Part shown: one piece after another, positions 26,826 through 35,516 of the stretch | Numbering within the stretch: the stretch's first letter is position 1 | Layout of the letters: each line of letters begins with the position of its first letter | Source: an uncultured Solirubrobacteraceae bacterium | GTDB lineage: Bacteria > Actinomycetota > Thermoleophilia > Solirubrobacterales > Solirubrobacteraceae | Direction: 5' to 3' | DNA length: 35,516 nucleotides | Assembly: GCA_964588985.1 (NCBI GenBank) | Contig: CAZPQW010000030.1 | Coordinates: 1-35,516 of the forward strand | Position numbers and translations under genes: made by a program | Notes under the pieces: generated by a model | Told to the model about the DNA's origin: nothing | What the model saw: only the letters and a program-made list of their open reading frames with translations | Database searches by the model: none

Positions 26826-28124
26826 CTACTTCGCTGCCGGCGCTTTTACCGCTCGTTTGCTTCGCGGGCTCGCCTTCGCGGCGGCTTTCGCTTTGGCCGT
26901 CGCTTTCGCCGTCTTGGTCGCGGCCGCCCCGGCCTTCGCGGTGGCGCGCGTCTTCGCGCGCGTGCCGGGCCGGCCGGTGTAGCGGGCGATGAACTTCTCC
27001 GTGTCCGCCCGCGCCTGCTCGTCCGGGCGCTGGTTGTGCGGCGACTTCATCAGGTAGGAGGACGGGCCGTCGAGTTGGCCGCCGAGTCCGTGGTTGAGCG
27101 CGAGCTTGCAGCAGCGCACAGCGTCGATCACGATGCCCGCCGAGTTCGGCGAGTCCCACACCTCGAGCTTCAGCTCCAGGTTCAGCGGCACGTCGCCGAA
27201 GGCCTGGCCCTCGACGCGGATGTGCGCCCACTTGCGGTCGGTCAGCCACGGCACGTAGTCGGACGGGCCCACGTGGATGTCGCTCGCCGGCAGCTCGTGG
27301 TCCATGATCGAGGTCACCGCGTTGGTCTTGGAGATCTTCTTCGACTCCAGCCGCTCGCGCTCGAGCATGTTGTAGAAGTCCATGTTGCCGCCCACGTTCA
27401 GCTGCGACGTGCGCTCGATCTCCACGCCGCGCTCGGCGAACAGGCGCGCGAGCGTGCGGTGCACGATCGTCGCTCCGACCTGCGACTTGATGTCGTCGCC
27501 CACGATCGGCAGGCGCGCCTTTTTGAAGCGCTTGTCCCAGTAGTCCTCGCGAGCGATGAACACCGGAATGCAGTTGACGAACCCGCAACCCGCCTCGAGC
27601 ACCTGCTCGACGTACCACTTGGTCGCCTGCTCGGAGCCGACCGGCAGATATGAGACGACCACGTCGGTGTGCGTGTCCTTGAGGATCTTCACGATGTCCG
27701 CGGTCTCGCCCGGGGCCTTCGTGATCTTCTCCTTGAGGTACTTGCCGAGACCGTCGTGGGTCATGCCGCGATGCACCTGCACGCCGAGCTTCTTCGGCAC
27801 CTTGGCGAACTTGATCGTGTTGTTCTGCCCCGACCAGATCGCTTCGCCGAGATCCTTGCCCACCTTCGACGCGTCGATGTCGAACGCCGCCGTGAATTCG
27901 ATGTCGCGCACGTGGTAGCCGCCGAGGTCCACGTGCATCAGGCCGGGGACGCGCTGGTCAGGGTCGGCGTTGCGGTAGTACTCGATGCCCTGCACGAACG
28001 CCGAAGCGCAGTTGCCCACGCCGACGATCGCCACGCGCACCTTCTCGGATTGGTAGCGCGCCGCGCCGTTGGTTGCGGCTGCGCCGCCCGTGCGGGCGCT
28101 GCCGTTGCTTTGGATTGTGCTCAA
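26826..28124 (-). CDS. ino1: myo-inositol-1-phosphate synthase with a Lys/Ala-rich C-terminal tail
   Basis: [54 protein letters not shown] motifs; TTG start after a GGAAGGA RBS. Confidence 0.96.
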   Translation of the reverse strand: MSTIQSNGSARTGGAAATNGAARYQSEKVRVAIVGVGNCASAFVQGIEYYRNADPDQRVPGLMHVDLGGYHVRDIEFTAAFDIDASKVGKDLGEAIWSGQNNTIKFAKVPKKLGVQVHRGMTHDGLGKYLKEKITKAPGETADIVKILKDTHTDVVVSYLPVGSEQATKWYVEQVLEAGCGFVNCIPVFIAREDYWDKRFKKARLPIVGDDIKSQVGATIVHRTLARLFAERGVEIERTSQLNVGGNMDFYNMLERERLESKKISKTNAVTSIMDHELPASDIHVGPSDYVPWLTDRKWAHIRVEGQAFGDVPLNLELKLEVWDSPNSAGIVIDAVRCCKLALNHGLGGQLDGPSSYLMKSPHNQRPDEQARADTEKFIARYTGRPGTRAKTRATAKAGAAATKTAKATAKAKAAAKASPRSKRAVKAPAAK

Positions 28125-28150
28125 GAGGTAATTCCTTCCGTAAGTTCGAG

Positions 28151-28162
28151 GTAACTAGTTAC
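28151..28162. promoter_or_regulatory. perfect AT-rich palindrome GTAACTAGTTAC upstream of ino1
   Basis: 12-bp palindrome in the 56-bp spacer between the PIP synthase gene and ino1. Confidence 0.5.
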
Positions 28163-28180
28163 TCCGCCCGGCGCGCTAGG

Positions 28181-28846
28181 TCACACCGACAGCTCGCCGT
28201 GGACGTGCCAGATGCGTTGCGCAACTGTGATCACGCTCAGCGCCGCCAGCACGTAGACGGTCGGCTCGAGCAGCTGGAAGTTGCCCAGCGAGGCACCACG
28301 TGCGAACAGCAGTCCGACCGAGAGGATCACCACGCGCACCGGCCGCGTCGCGATTCCCACCTTGCACTCTACGCCCAGCGCCTCCGCGCGTGCACGGGTG
28401 TAGCTGACCATCAGCGACGCGAGCACCGCCACCACCACGCCCGCCGCCGCCGCGCGGTTGCCGTGAAGCGCGAAGTAGCCCGCCACCGCGGTCAGCACGA
28501 TGCCCTCCTCGATGCGGTCGAGAGTCGAGTCCAGGAACGCGCCGAACGGGGTGCCCTTGCCCGACATGCGCGAGTAGCGCCCGTCGAGCGTGTCCATGAT
28601 CGAGCCGATGATGAACGCGAGCCCGCCGAGGAAGAACAGCCGTTCCCACACCAGCACCGCGGCGAGCACGTTCAGCGCGAGGCCGGTGAGCGAGATCGCG
28701 TTGGGCGTCAGGCGCGACTCGATCAGCCGGTTGCGCACCAGCTCGCGCCGCTGCCCCGAGCCGATCGGCGCGCGCACGCGCCCTCTGCCGCGGCGGGGTG
28801 CGCCGCTGCGGGTGCGCCGCGTGGGGGCGTGTTGCCGGGGTGCCAT
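28181..28846 (-). CDS. pgsA: CDP-alcohol phosphatidyltransferase, phosphatidylinositol-phosphate synthase (actinobacterial PgsA1 type)
   Basis: TPNAIS, DTLDG..SR....GAFLDSTLDR signature, SYTRARAE; adjacent to ino1. Confidence 0.88.
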   Translation of the reverse strand: MAPRQHAPTRRTRSGAPRRGRGRVRAPIGSGQRRELVRNRLIESRLTPNAISLTGLALNVLAAVLVWERLFFLGGLAFIIGSIMDTLDGRYSRMSGKGTPFGAFLDSTLDRIEEGIVLTAVAGYFALHGNRAAAAGVVVAVLASLMVSYTRARAEALGVECKVGIATRPVRVVILSVGLLFARGASLGNFQLLEPTVYVLAALSVITVAQRIWHVHGELSV

Positions 28847-28862
28847 CGTCGTCTACGCCGCG

Positions 28863-29675
28863 CTATCCGTTGGTCGTCAGCCGCGCGCCGGCCGGGCTGG
28901 CGGCGGAGCCGGGGACGGTCGAGAAGCGCCATGCGTTTGGCCGCGCACGTGCCAGCCAGCTCGCCCCGTACGCCGAGGCGCCCGCGGTGAGCGCGCCGAG
29001 CAGAGCGTCGACGATGAAGTGGTTGGCGGTCACCACGATCACGAACGCCATCAGGAACGGGTAGAGCAGCCACGCCGCTTTCACGACTCGCCTGCGCGTC
29101 AGGCGCGCCAGCGGCCAGCCGACCATCAGCGCGAACGCCACATGCATCGACGGCACAGCCGCGTAGGGGTTGAACAGCGCGCTCATCGAAGCGCTCGCAT
29201 GGTTCACGCGCACGCCCGTGAAGTCCGACACGCTGTCGATGAAGCCCCACTCGGGCAGGAAGCGCGGCGGCGCGGTCGGGAACACCGTGTAGGCGACGAG
29301 CGCGATCGCCATCGCGATCATGAACATGTTGCGCACGAAGTAGAAGCTGCGGTTGTGGCGCAGGTACAGGTACAGCAAAGCCCCGAACGTGACCGACGTC
29401 TGCGCGTTCACGTACAGCCAGCTCGCCAGCACCATCACCACGTGGCTCCCCGAGGCCCACGCCTGGATCGACGGCTCCACGAACACGTGCAGCGTGCGCT
29501 CGATCGAGATCAGGTCGCTCGCGTGCGCGAACGCCGCGTTGGCGTGTCCCTCGACCAGCCCCCGCACGAGCCGGTACGCGAAATACGCGCACCCGAACAG
29601 CGATATCTGCCGTAGCGCGTCCAGCCAACCATGCGGCAGGACGCGCGCCTGCAGGAGACGAGCGCGGGCGACCAT
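28863..29675 (-). CDS. AUR1/inositol-phosphorylceramide-synthase-like PAP2 membrane protein
   Basis: PTAPPRF, YAAVPSMH, ANHFIVD motifs; about 6 TM helices. Confidence 0.85.
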   Translation of the reverse strand: MVARARLLQARVLPHGWLDALRQISLFGCAYFAYRLVRGLVEGHANAAFAHASDLISIERTLHVFVEPSIQAWASGSHVVMVLASWLYVNAQTSVTFGALLYLYLRHNRSFYFVRNMFMIAMAIALVAYTVFPTAPPRFLPEWGFIDSVSDFTGVRVNHASASMSALFNPYAAVPSMHVAFALMVGWPLARLTRRRVVKAAWLLYPFLMAFVIVVTANHFIVDALLGALTAGASAYGASWLARARPNAWRFSTVPGSAASPAGARLTTNG

Positions 29676-29698
29676 TCGCTCAGAAGCCTAGACGATGC

Positions 29699-31312
29699 TC
29701 AGTCGCAGCGAGGGCCGTGGCCGAAGATGCGCGCCGGCGAGAAGCGGATCGCGACGTGCAGCACGCCCGCGCGCCGCGCGTGCACCTGCGTCCAGTCTTC
29801 CGGCCCGCGCGCGACACATCCGCCGCCGCTCGCGAGCGCCCAGTAGGGCGTGAAGTGGACCCGCACCGTGTACGTGCCCGCGCGCGGAGCGGACAGCGTG
29901 AACGAGCTCGTGTCAAGCCCGCTCAGCAGCGCCGGCGGCTGCGCGAGGGGCTGCGCGCCGAGCACCGCGAACAGCCGCCAGTGAGCGGAGCGCCACACTT
30001 CGCGCAGGTAGGGAGGCGCGCTGCTCACCACCCTTTGCTCGGCGTGCGCGGAGTAGTCCAGCGGCGCGTCCGACAGGGCCACGTAGGAGACCGCCTCGCG
30101 GGCGAGCCACGCGTGGTAGCTCGCAGCAGTCAGCGAATTCGCGTCGACGTAGAAGAGGGAGTTGCGGTAGCCGTCGAGCTGGCGCTCCCAGCCGCGGGCG
30201 AGCATCACGTGGGGGCCGAGCCAGCGCGCCTCCCAGTGGTCGGCCGTCGCGACCACCTCGATGCGCGCGGGTCGGGCGGGTGGGCCTCCATACCCAACGT
30301 CGAGCGCGCGCAGCTCGCCGAGCAGCGGCGCGTAGTAGGAGGCGTGCACCGCCGGGTCGTTCGCGGCGGCCGCGAAGTCGGCCACCGGCGCGTTCGCCTG
30401 CCAGTACAGCAGCGCCGGTGCGAGCACGATCAGGGCGCGCGTGCGCCAGCTGCGCAGAGATCCTCCCGCGAGCACGCACGCGGCGATCGGCCCGGTCGCG
30501 AGCGCGCCGAGCCGGTCCACGTTGCCGCCCACCGCGGTCGACACCACGTAGGAGCCGAGCAGCGCGAGCGCATACAGCGCCGCGCCGATCTTCAGCACAC
30601 GCAGGCTCTCGTCCTGCGGCCGCTCGGTCGCGATCAGCGCGCCCACGACGAGCACGCCCGCGAGCGCCGGGTAGAACGCCGAGGCGACAAACGGCTGCGA
30701 GCCGCCTTCCGGGAACACCGCCACGAGCAGCCCGATCGGCGCGAGCGTCGCGAGCATGAGCGCGGCCGGCCAGACGCGCGCGGGTCCCGCGAGGGCCCAC
30801 GCGAGGAACGCCAGCGCGAGGAACGCGCCCGCCACCGGGCTCGCCACCGAGCACAGCACGCTCAGAGCCAGAGCACTCGACAGCCGCTCGCGCTTGGCCA
30901 TCAGCACCGCGCCGAGACCGATCGCCAGGCCGAGGTCGAACGGCACGCGGCTGGAGAGCAGGCCGATCGCCGCGCCGAGCGCGAACCACGCGGCGGCGAT
31001 GCGCGTCGAGCGCTCCGGGAAGCGTCCCTCGATCAGTGCCGCGAACAGCGCCGCCGCGGCCGTCATCGAGATCGCGGCCACCAACTGTGGCCCGATCAGC
31101 GCGCCGAGCGCGGGCGACAGCAGCGAGTACGCGAGCAGGTGGTGCCCGCCGTACCACGAGTTGTCCCATAGCGAGAAGCCAACGCGGGAGAACAGGTCGC
31201 TGCGGTAGCTCGCCGCCGCCAGGTCCGGGCTCGGCGGTGCGGCGATCAGGTAGACGACGCCGAGCGCGGCGGTGATCGTCCAGGCGGGCGCCCGGCGCGC
31301 GAGCCGGCTCAC
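29699..31312 (-). CDS. polytopic membrane protein, putative GT-C-fold glycosyltransferase with a C-terminal extracytoplasmic domain
   Basis: Many TM segments; after TM1 PDLAA...WDNSWYGGH; soluble C-terminal region with LARGWERQLD; GTGA overlap with the hydrolase stop. Confidence 0.65.
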   Translation of the reverse strand: MSRLARRAPAWTITAALGVVYLIAAPPSPDLAAASYRSDLFSRVGFSLWDNSWYGGHHLLAYSLLSPALGALIGPQLVAAISMTAAAALFAALIEGRFPERSTRIAAAWFALGAAIGLLSSRVPFDLGLAIGLGAVLMAKRERLSSALALSVLCSVASPVAGAFLALAFLAWALAGPARVWPAALMLATLAPIGLLVAVFPEGGSQPFVASAFYPALAGVLVVGALIATERPQDESLRVLKIGAALYALALLGSYVVSTAVGGNVDRLGALATGPIAACVLAGGSLRSWRTRALIVLAPALLYWQANAPVADFAAAANDPAVHASYYAPLLGELRALDVGYGGPPARPARIEVVATADHWEARWLGPHVMLARGWERQLDGYRNSLFYVDANSLTAASYHAWLAREAVSYVALSDAPLDYSAHAEQRVVSSAPPYLREVWRSAHWRLFAVLGAQPLAQPPALLSGLDTSSFTLSAPRAGTYTVRVHFTPYWALASGGGCVARGPEDWTQVHARRAGVLHVAIRFSPARIFGHGPRCD

Positions 31313-32136
31313 CGTGCGCCCAGGAACTCCACCAGCCGGTCGATCAGATCCGGGCGGTCGAGCCATGGCCAGTGACCGGCGTCCGGGAGCTCGACCAGCT
31401 CCGCGTGCGGCAGCGCGCGCGCGTACTCCCCGGCGAAACGCGCCGGGATGTAGGGGTCCTGCATCCCCCAAGCCACCAGCACGGGCATCGTCAGTGCCCC
31501 GAGCTGCTCGCCGGCGGCCTCGAGCACGTCCGGGGGCGAGCTGCGGTACAGGCGCAGGATCGCGCGCTGCGTGCCTTCGTCGAAGTGGTCCATCACGCTG
31601 TCCAGCCACGCGTCCGGCATCGGCCCGGGCGTCACGTTGGACTCCCTGGAGAGCAGCCGCAGCGTGCGCCGGAACGTGAAGCCCATCGACAGCTCGCCGA
31701 GCAGCGGGGTGCGCCAGATCCGCGCGGTGCGATGCCAGCTGTACCCCGGCAGGAACGGCACGGCGTTCATGACCACGAGCCGCTCCACGCGTTCGGGCAG
31801 CCGCTGCGCGAACGCGAGGCCCACCGCGCCCCAGTCGTGCACCACGAGCTGCACGCGCTCCACTTCGACCATGTCGAGGAAGCGCTCGATGAACGTGTCG
31901 AACTCCGCGATCGTGTAGCTCAGGTAGCCGGGCTTGCCCGAGCGGCCGAAGCCCGGCAGGTCGGGCGCGAGCCCGCCGCTGCGCGCGAGAAAGCCCGCCC
32001 ATTCGTCGGAGTTGTTCGGCACCCCGTGGAGGTACAGCGGCACCGCCGTCCCCTCGCTGCCGGCGGGAGCGGGAGCGCTGCGCCAGAACACCGGCAGGCC
32101 GTCGAGCTCGCCGCTGTGGTCGCTCACCTCGGGCAC
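31309..32136 (-). CDS. alpha/beta hydrolase (haloalkane dehalogenase/epoxide hydrolase-like)
   Basis: LHGVP, PDLPGFGRS, nucleophile VHDWG, WG..DP, GHW motifs. Confidence 0.9.
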   Translation of the reverse strand: MPEVSDHSGELDGLPVFWRSAPAPAGSEGTAVPLYLHGVPNNSDEWAGFLARSGGLAPDLPGFGRSGKPGYLSYTIAEFDTFIERFLDMVEVERVQLVVHDWGAVGLAFAQRLPERVERLVVMNAVPFLPGYSWHRTARIWRTPLLGELSMGFTFRRTLRLLSRESNVTPGPMPDAWLDSVMDHFDEGTQRAILRLYRSSPPDVLEAAGEQLGALTMPVLVAWGMQDPYIPARFAGEYARALPHAELVELPDAGHWPWLDRPDLIDRLVEFLGAR

Positions 32137-32186
32137 CGCGCGAGGATATAGGGGTCGCGCCGGGGCGGGGTCGGACGGCTACCGTG

Positions 32187-32894
32187 ATGCGCGTGCCGAG
32201 CGCCTCGCGAACATGGAAGCCGCCGACTCGCGCGCGGGTCGTGAGGGTCCGCGACCGTCTGCGCGAGGTCTACGGCGTGCCACTGATGCGCCCGCACGAA
32301 GACCCGATCGCGGAGCTGGTCCTCACGGTGCTCTCGCAGTCGACCAACGACCGCAACCGCGACGTCGCGTTCCTGCGGCTGCGCGAGCGCATGTCGACGT
32401 GGGAGCAGGTGCGCGACGCGCCGCTCGCCGAGGTCGAGGAGGCGATCCGCCCCGGCGGCATCTCGAAGGTGAAGTCCGCGCGCATCCAGGCGATCCTGCG
32501 CGCGATCACCGACGACCCCAGGGATCCGCCACACGAGCTCTCGCTCGACTGGCTCCCGCGTGCGCCACTGTCCGAGGCCCGCGACTACCTCACGGCCCTG
32601 CCCGGCGTCGGGCGCAAGACCGCCGCCTGCGTGCTGCTGTTCGCCTATAGCCTCCACGACGTGCCGGTCGACACGCACGTCTCGCGAGTCGGGATGCGCT
32701 TGGAGCTGCTGCGCCCCGGCGCTCCGTTCGAGGAGCTCCACGACGGGATGCTCGCGCTCACGCCGCCCGGGCAGGAGCTCGAGCTGCACGTCAACCTCCT
32801 GCGCCACGGCCGGCGCACCTGCCATGCGCGCTCACCAGCCTGCGGAGAGTGTGCGCTGGCGCGAATGTGCCCGAGCCGGGGAGACTTCGGCTAG
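32187..32894 (+). CDS. nth: endonuclease III / HhH-GPD DNA glycosylase
   Basis: VLSQSTND, LPGVGRKTA, PVDTHV, C-X6-C-X2-C-X5-C Fe-S motif. Confidence 0.88.
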   Translation: MRVPSASRTWKPPTRARVVRVRDRLREVYGVPLMRPHEDPIAELVLTVLSQSTNDRNRDVAFLRLRERMSTWEQVRDAPLAEVEEAIRPGGISKVKSARIQAILRAITDDPRDPPHELSLDWLPRAPLSEARDYLTALPGVGRKTAACVLLFAYSLHDVPVDTHVSRVGMRLELLRPGAPFEELHDGMLALTPPGQELELHVNLLRHGRRTCHARSPACGECALARMCPSRGDFG

Positions 32895-32902
32895 AGATCG
32901 AG

Positions 32903-33559
32903 TCAGCCGCGGGGCAGGACGGCGAACGCGATGACCGCGTAGTGCAGCGCCGCCGCGGCGATCACGAGCGCGTGGAAGACCTCGTGGTAGCCGAACACAC
33001 GCGGCGACGGGTTCGGGCGGCCGCTCGCGTAGACGATCGCGCCGAGCGTGTACAGCAGGCCGCCGGCCGCGAGACCCGCCACGCCGAGCCAGCCGATCGC
33101 CGCGGGCAGCTCGCCGAAGATCGCGATCGACACCCAGCCGAGCGCCACGTACACCGCCGCGAACAGCCACTTCGGCGCGTCGATCCACACGAGCTTGAAC
33201 ACCACGCCGCCGAGCGCTCCCGCCCACACCACGATCAGGATCGTGTTCGCGAGGCTGCCCTTCAACGCGAGCAGCGCCACGGGCGTGTAGGTGCCGGCGA
33301 TCAGCACGAAGATCATCGAGTGGTCCAGACGCCGCATCCAGCGTCGCGCCGCCGGCCTCCACGTGACGCGGTGATACAGCGCGCTCGTGCCCAGGAGCGC
33401 CGACACGGCGACCGCGTAGATGGTCGCGGCGAGGCGGGCCTTGCCGTCGGAGGCCGCGAGGATCAACGCCACCCCGCAGCCGAGCGACACGAAGAACGCG
33501 TACTCGTGCGACACGCCCCGCAGGAGCGGCTTCACGGGCCCTGAGGGCGCCATGTCCAT
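32903..33559 (-). CDS. hemolysin III / PAQR (TrhA-like) membrane protein
   Basis: KPLLRGVSH, SALYH, RRLDHSMIFVLIAGTYTP, FGYHEVFH motifs. Confidence 0.93.
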   Translation of the reverse strand: MDMAPSGPVKPLLRGVSHEYAFFVSLGCGVALILAASDGKARLAATIYAVAVSALLGTSALYHRVTWRPAARRWMRRLDHSMIFVLIAGTYTPVALLALKGSLANTILIVVWAGALGGVVFKLVWIDAPKWLFAAVYVALGWVSIAIFGELPAAIGWLGVAGLAAGGLLYTLGAIVYASGRPNPSPRVFGYHEVFHALVIAAAALHYAVIAFAVLPRG

Positions 33560-33565
33560 ACACAG

Positions 33566-33595
33566 ACGGTACCGCGCCCAGATGTCGCGAGTCAA
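33566..33595 (-). promoter_or_regulatory. sigma-A-type promoter TTGACT-N18-TACCGT for leaderless hlyIII
   Basis: The -10 lies 6 nt upstream of ATG 33559. Confidence 0.6.
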
Positions 33596-33609
33596 AACTT
33601 CGGGTCGAG

Positions 33610-34527
33610 TCAGGCGACCAGCTTCGCGCGTGCCCGCTCGGGCGTGACCTTCACCACGTCCCACGCGAGCCCGATCCGCTCGAGTCCGAGGATCAGCCAA
33701 CCAGAGGGGTCGAGCTCGTACCAGCGCAGGCCGTGGAACGCCGACTGGGGAAAGGCGTGGTGGTTGTGGTGCCAGGCCTCTCCTAACGAAGGCAGCGCGA
33801 GCCAGAAGACGTTCGTCGACTGGTCGTCGGTGTCGAAGCGCCGGCTGCCGAAGAAGTGGCAGATCGAGTTGATCGACCAGGTGACGTGGTGCACGAGGAA
33901 GATCCGCACCAGCCCGGCCCACAGCAGCGCGCTGAGGCCGCCGTCGACGAGCGAGCCGCCGCTCAGCGCGAGGCCGAGCAGGAACGGCAGCCCGAGGCTG
34001 CCGAGCGCGATCAGCGGAAAGCTCCTGTTGATGCGCCGCATCGTGGGGTCCTCCACGAGGTCGCGCGCGAACCGTTTCGAGGACGCCTGCCCGTGCGTCT
34101 CGAACAGCCAGCCCACGTGTGCGTGCCACAGGCCCGCAGCCATGCCGCGCAGCCCGGCGCCGTGGCCGGCGTGAGGGCTGTGCGGGTCGCCCTCTTCGTC
34201 GGTGAACGTGTGGTGCTTGCGGTGGTCTGCGACCCAGTCGATCACCGGGCCCTGCAGCGACATCGACCCGAGGATCGCGAGCAGGTAGCGCAGCCACGGG
34301 CGCGTCTGGAACGCCCGGTGGGTGAGCAGGCGGTGGAAGCCCACGGTGATGCCGATCGCGGTCGCGAGGTACATCACGGCGAAGATCGCCAGGTCGCGGG
34401 GCCCGAGGAAGCGGTTCCAGAGCACCGCCGCCGCCGCGATCACTCCCAGGAACGGGATCACGACCGCGGCGATGTTGACGTTGCGCTCCAGGCGGGTCAC
34501 TTGTTGTCCACTACTCAGGCTCGCCAC
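33610..34527 (-). CDS. acyl-CoA (delta-9-type) fatty acid desaturase
   Basis: His boxes HRLLTH, HRKHH, HHNHH; DPHSP; INSICH. Confidence 0.93.
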   Translation of the reverse strand: MASLSSGQQVTRLERNVNIAAVVIPFLGVIAAAAVLWNRFLGPRDLAIFAVMYLATAIGITVGFHRLLTHRAFQTRPWLRYLLAILGSMSLQGPVIDWVADHRKHHTFTDEEGDPHSPHAGHGAGLRGMAAGLWHAHVGWLFETHGQASSKRFARDLVEDPTMRRINRSFPLIALGSLGLPFLLGLALSGGSLVDGGLSALLWAGLVRIFLVHHVTWSINSICHFFGSRRFDTDDQSTNVFWLALPSLGEAWHHNHHAFPQSAFHGLRWYELDPSGWLILGLERIGLAWDVVKVTPERARAKLVA

Positions 34528-34604
34528 TGAGGTTACGGCCCTTTACGGATGTTTCCCCAGTCGAGGGCTGTGAGGCTCGAAAGGCCCTCAGCTCAGGGTG
34601 GCCC

Positions 34605-34633
34605 TTGAAGGCCAGCAGAAAATCTGCCACACT
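34605..34633 (+). promoter_or_regulatory. putative dnaK promoter TTGAAG-N17-CACACT
   Basis: Canonical spacing; followed by a CIRCE-like half-site and an AAGGAG RBS. Confidence 0.55.
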
Positions 34634-34660
34634 GGCACTCAGATTTATAAAGCGTCTTAG

Positions 34661-35516
<856 letters not shown>

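Noticed and set aside
25333-27618. Apparent 761-aa protein extending the GT4-PHP fusion
   Set aside because: The extension overlaps ino1 in another frame and has no recognisable content; the real start is ATG 26778.
34528-34604. Short TGAGG/CCTCA and GAGGGC/GCCCTC inverted repeats between the desaturase gene and dnaK
   Set aside because: Arms are only 5-6 bp in GC-rich DNA and cannot be distinguished from chance without comparative data.
34604-34643. HspR HAIR operator upstream of dnaK (CTTGAAG ... ACTCAGA)
   Set aside because: The half-sites are imperfect and 26 nt apart rather than 7.

Overview
High-GC (roughly 70% by eye) actinobacterial chromosomal window. The gene set and the many leaderless TANNNT promoters suggest Thermoleophilia/Solirubrobacterales (inference). 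Left to right: an acyl-CoA dehydrogenase pair with a 14-bp palindromic operator; D,D-carboxypeptidase, a small membrane ORF and a rhomboid protease; lipA-lipB; an accessory plus-strand block (vapBC, a secreted protein, a hairpin-rich spacer and a compositionally atypical 717-aa membrane protein); pdhCBA with a small ORF and a DsbA/HCCA-isomerase-like gene; lpdA; thiE preceded by an XRE-HTH + MenT/AbiEii-like nucleotidyltransferase pair; thiO-thiS-thiG; a cupredoxin lipoprotein; argF; rlmD; a FUSC-like protein; a quinone oxidoreductase. Next is a minus-strand inositol-lipid cluster: alpha/beta hydrolase, GT-C-like membrane protein, AUR1/IPC-synthase-like PAP2, PIP synthase, Ino1, a truncated-GT4/PHP fusion and a degenerate UDG-like protein. 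The window ends with nth, hemolysin III, a fatty-acid desaturase and the 5' part of dnaK. The best candidate for an undescribed system is the inositol-lipid cluster, especially the PimA-like-N-domain/PHP fusion as a possible PIP phosphatase. No rRNA, tRNA, CRISPR array or transposase was recognised.
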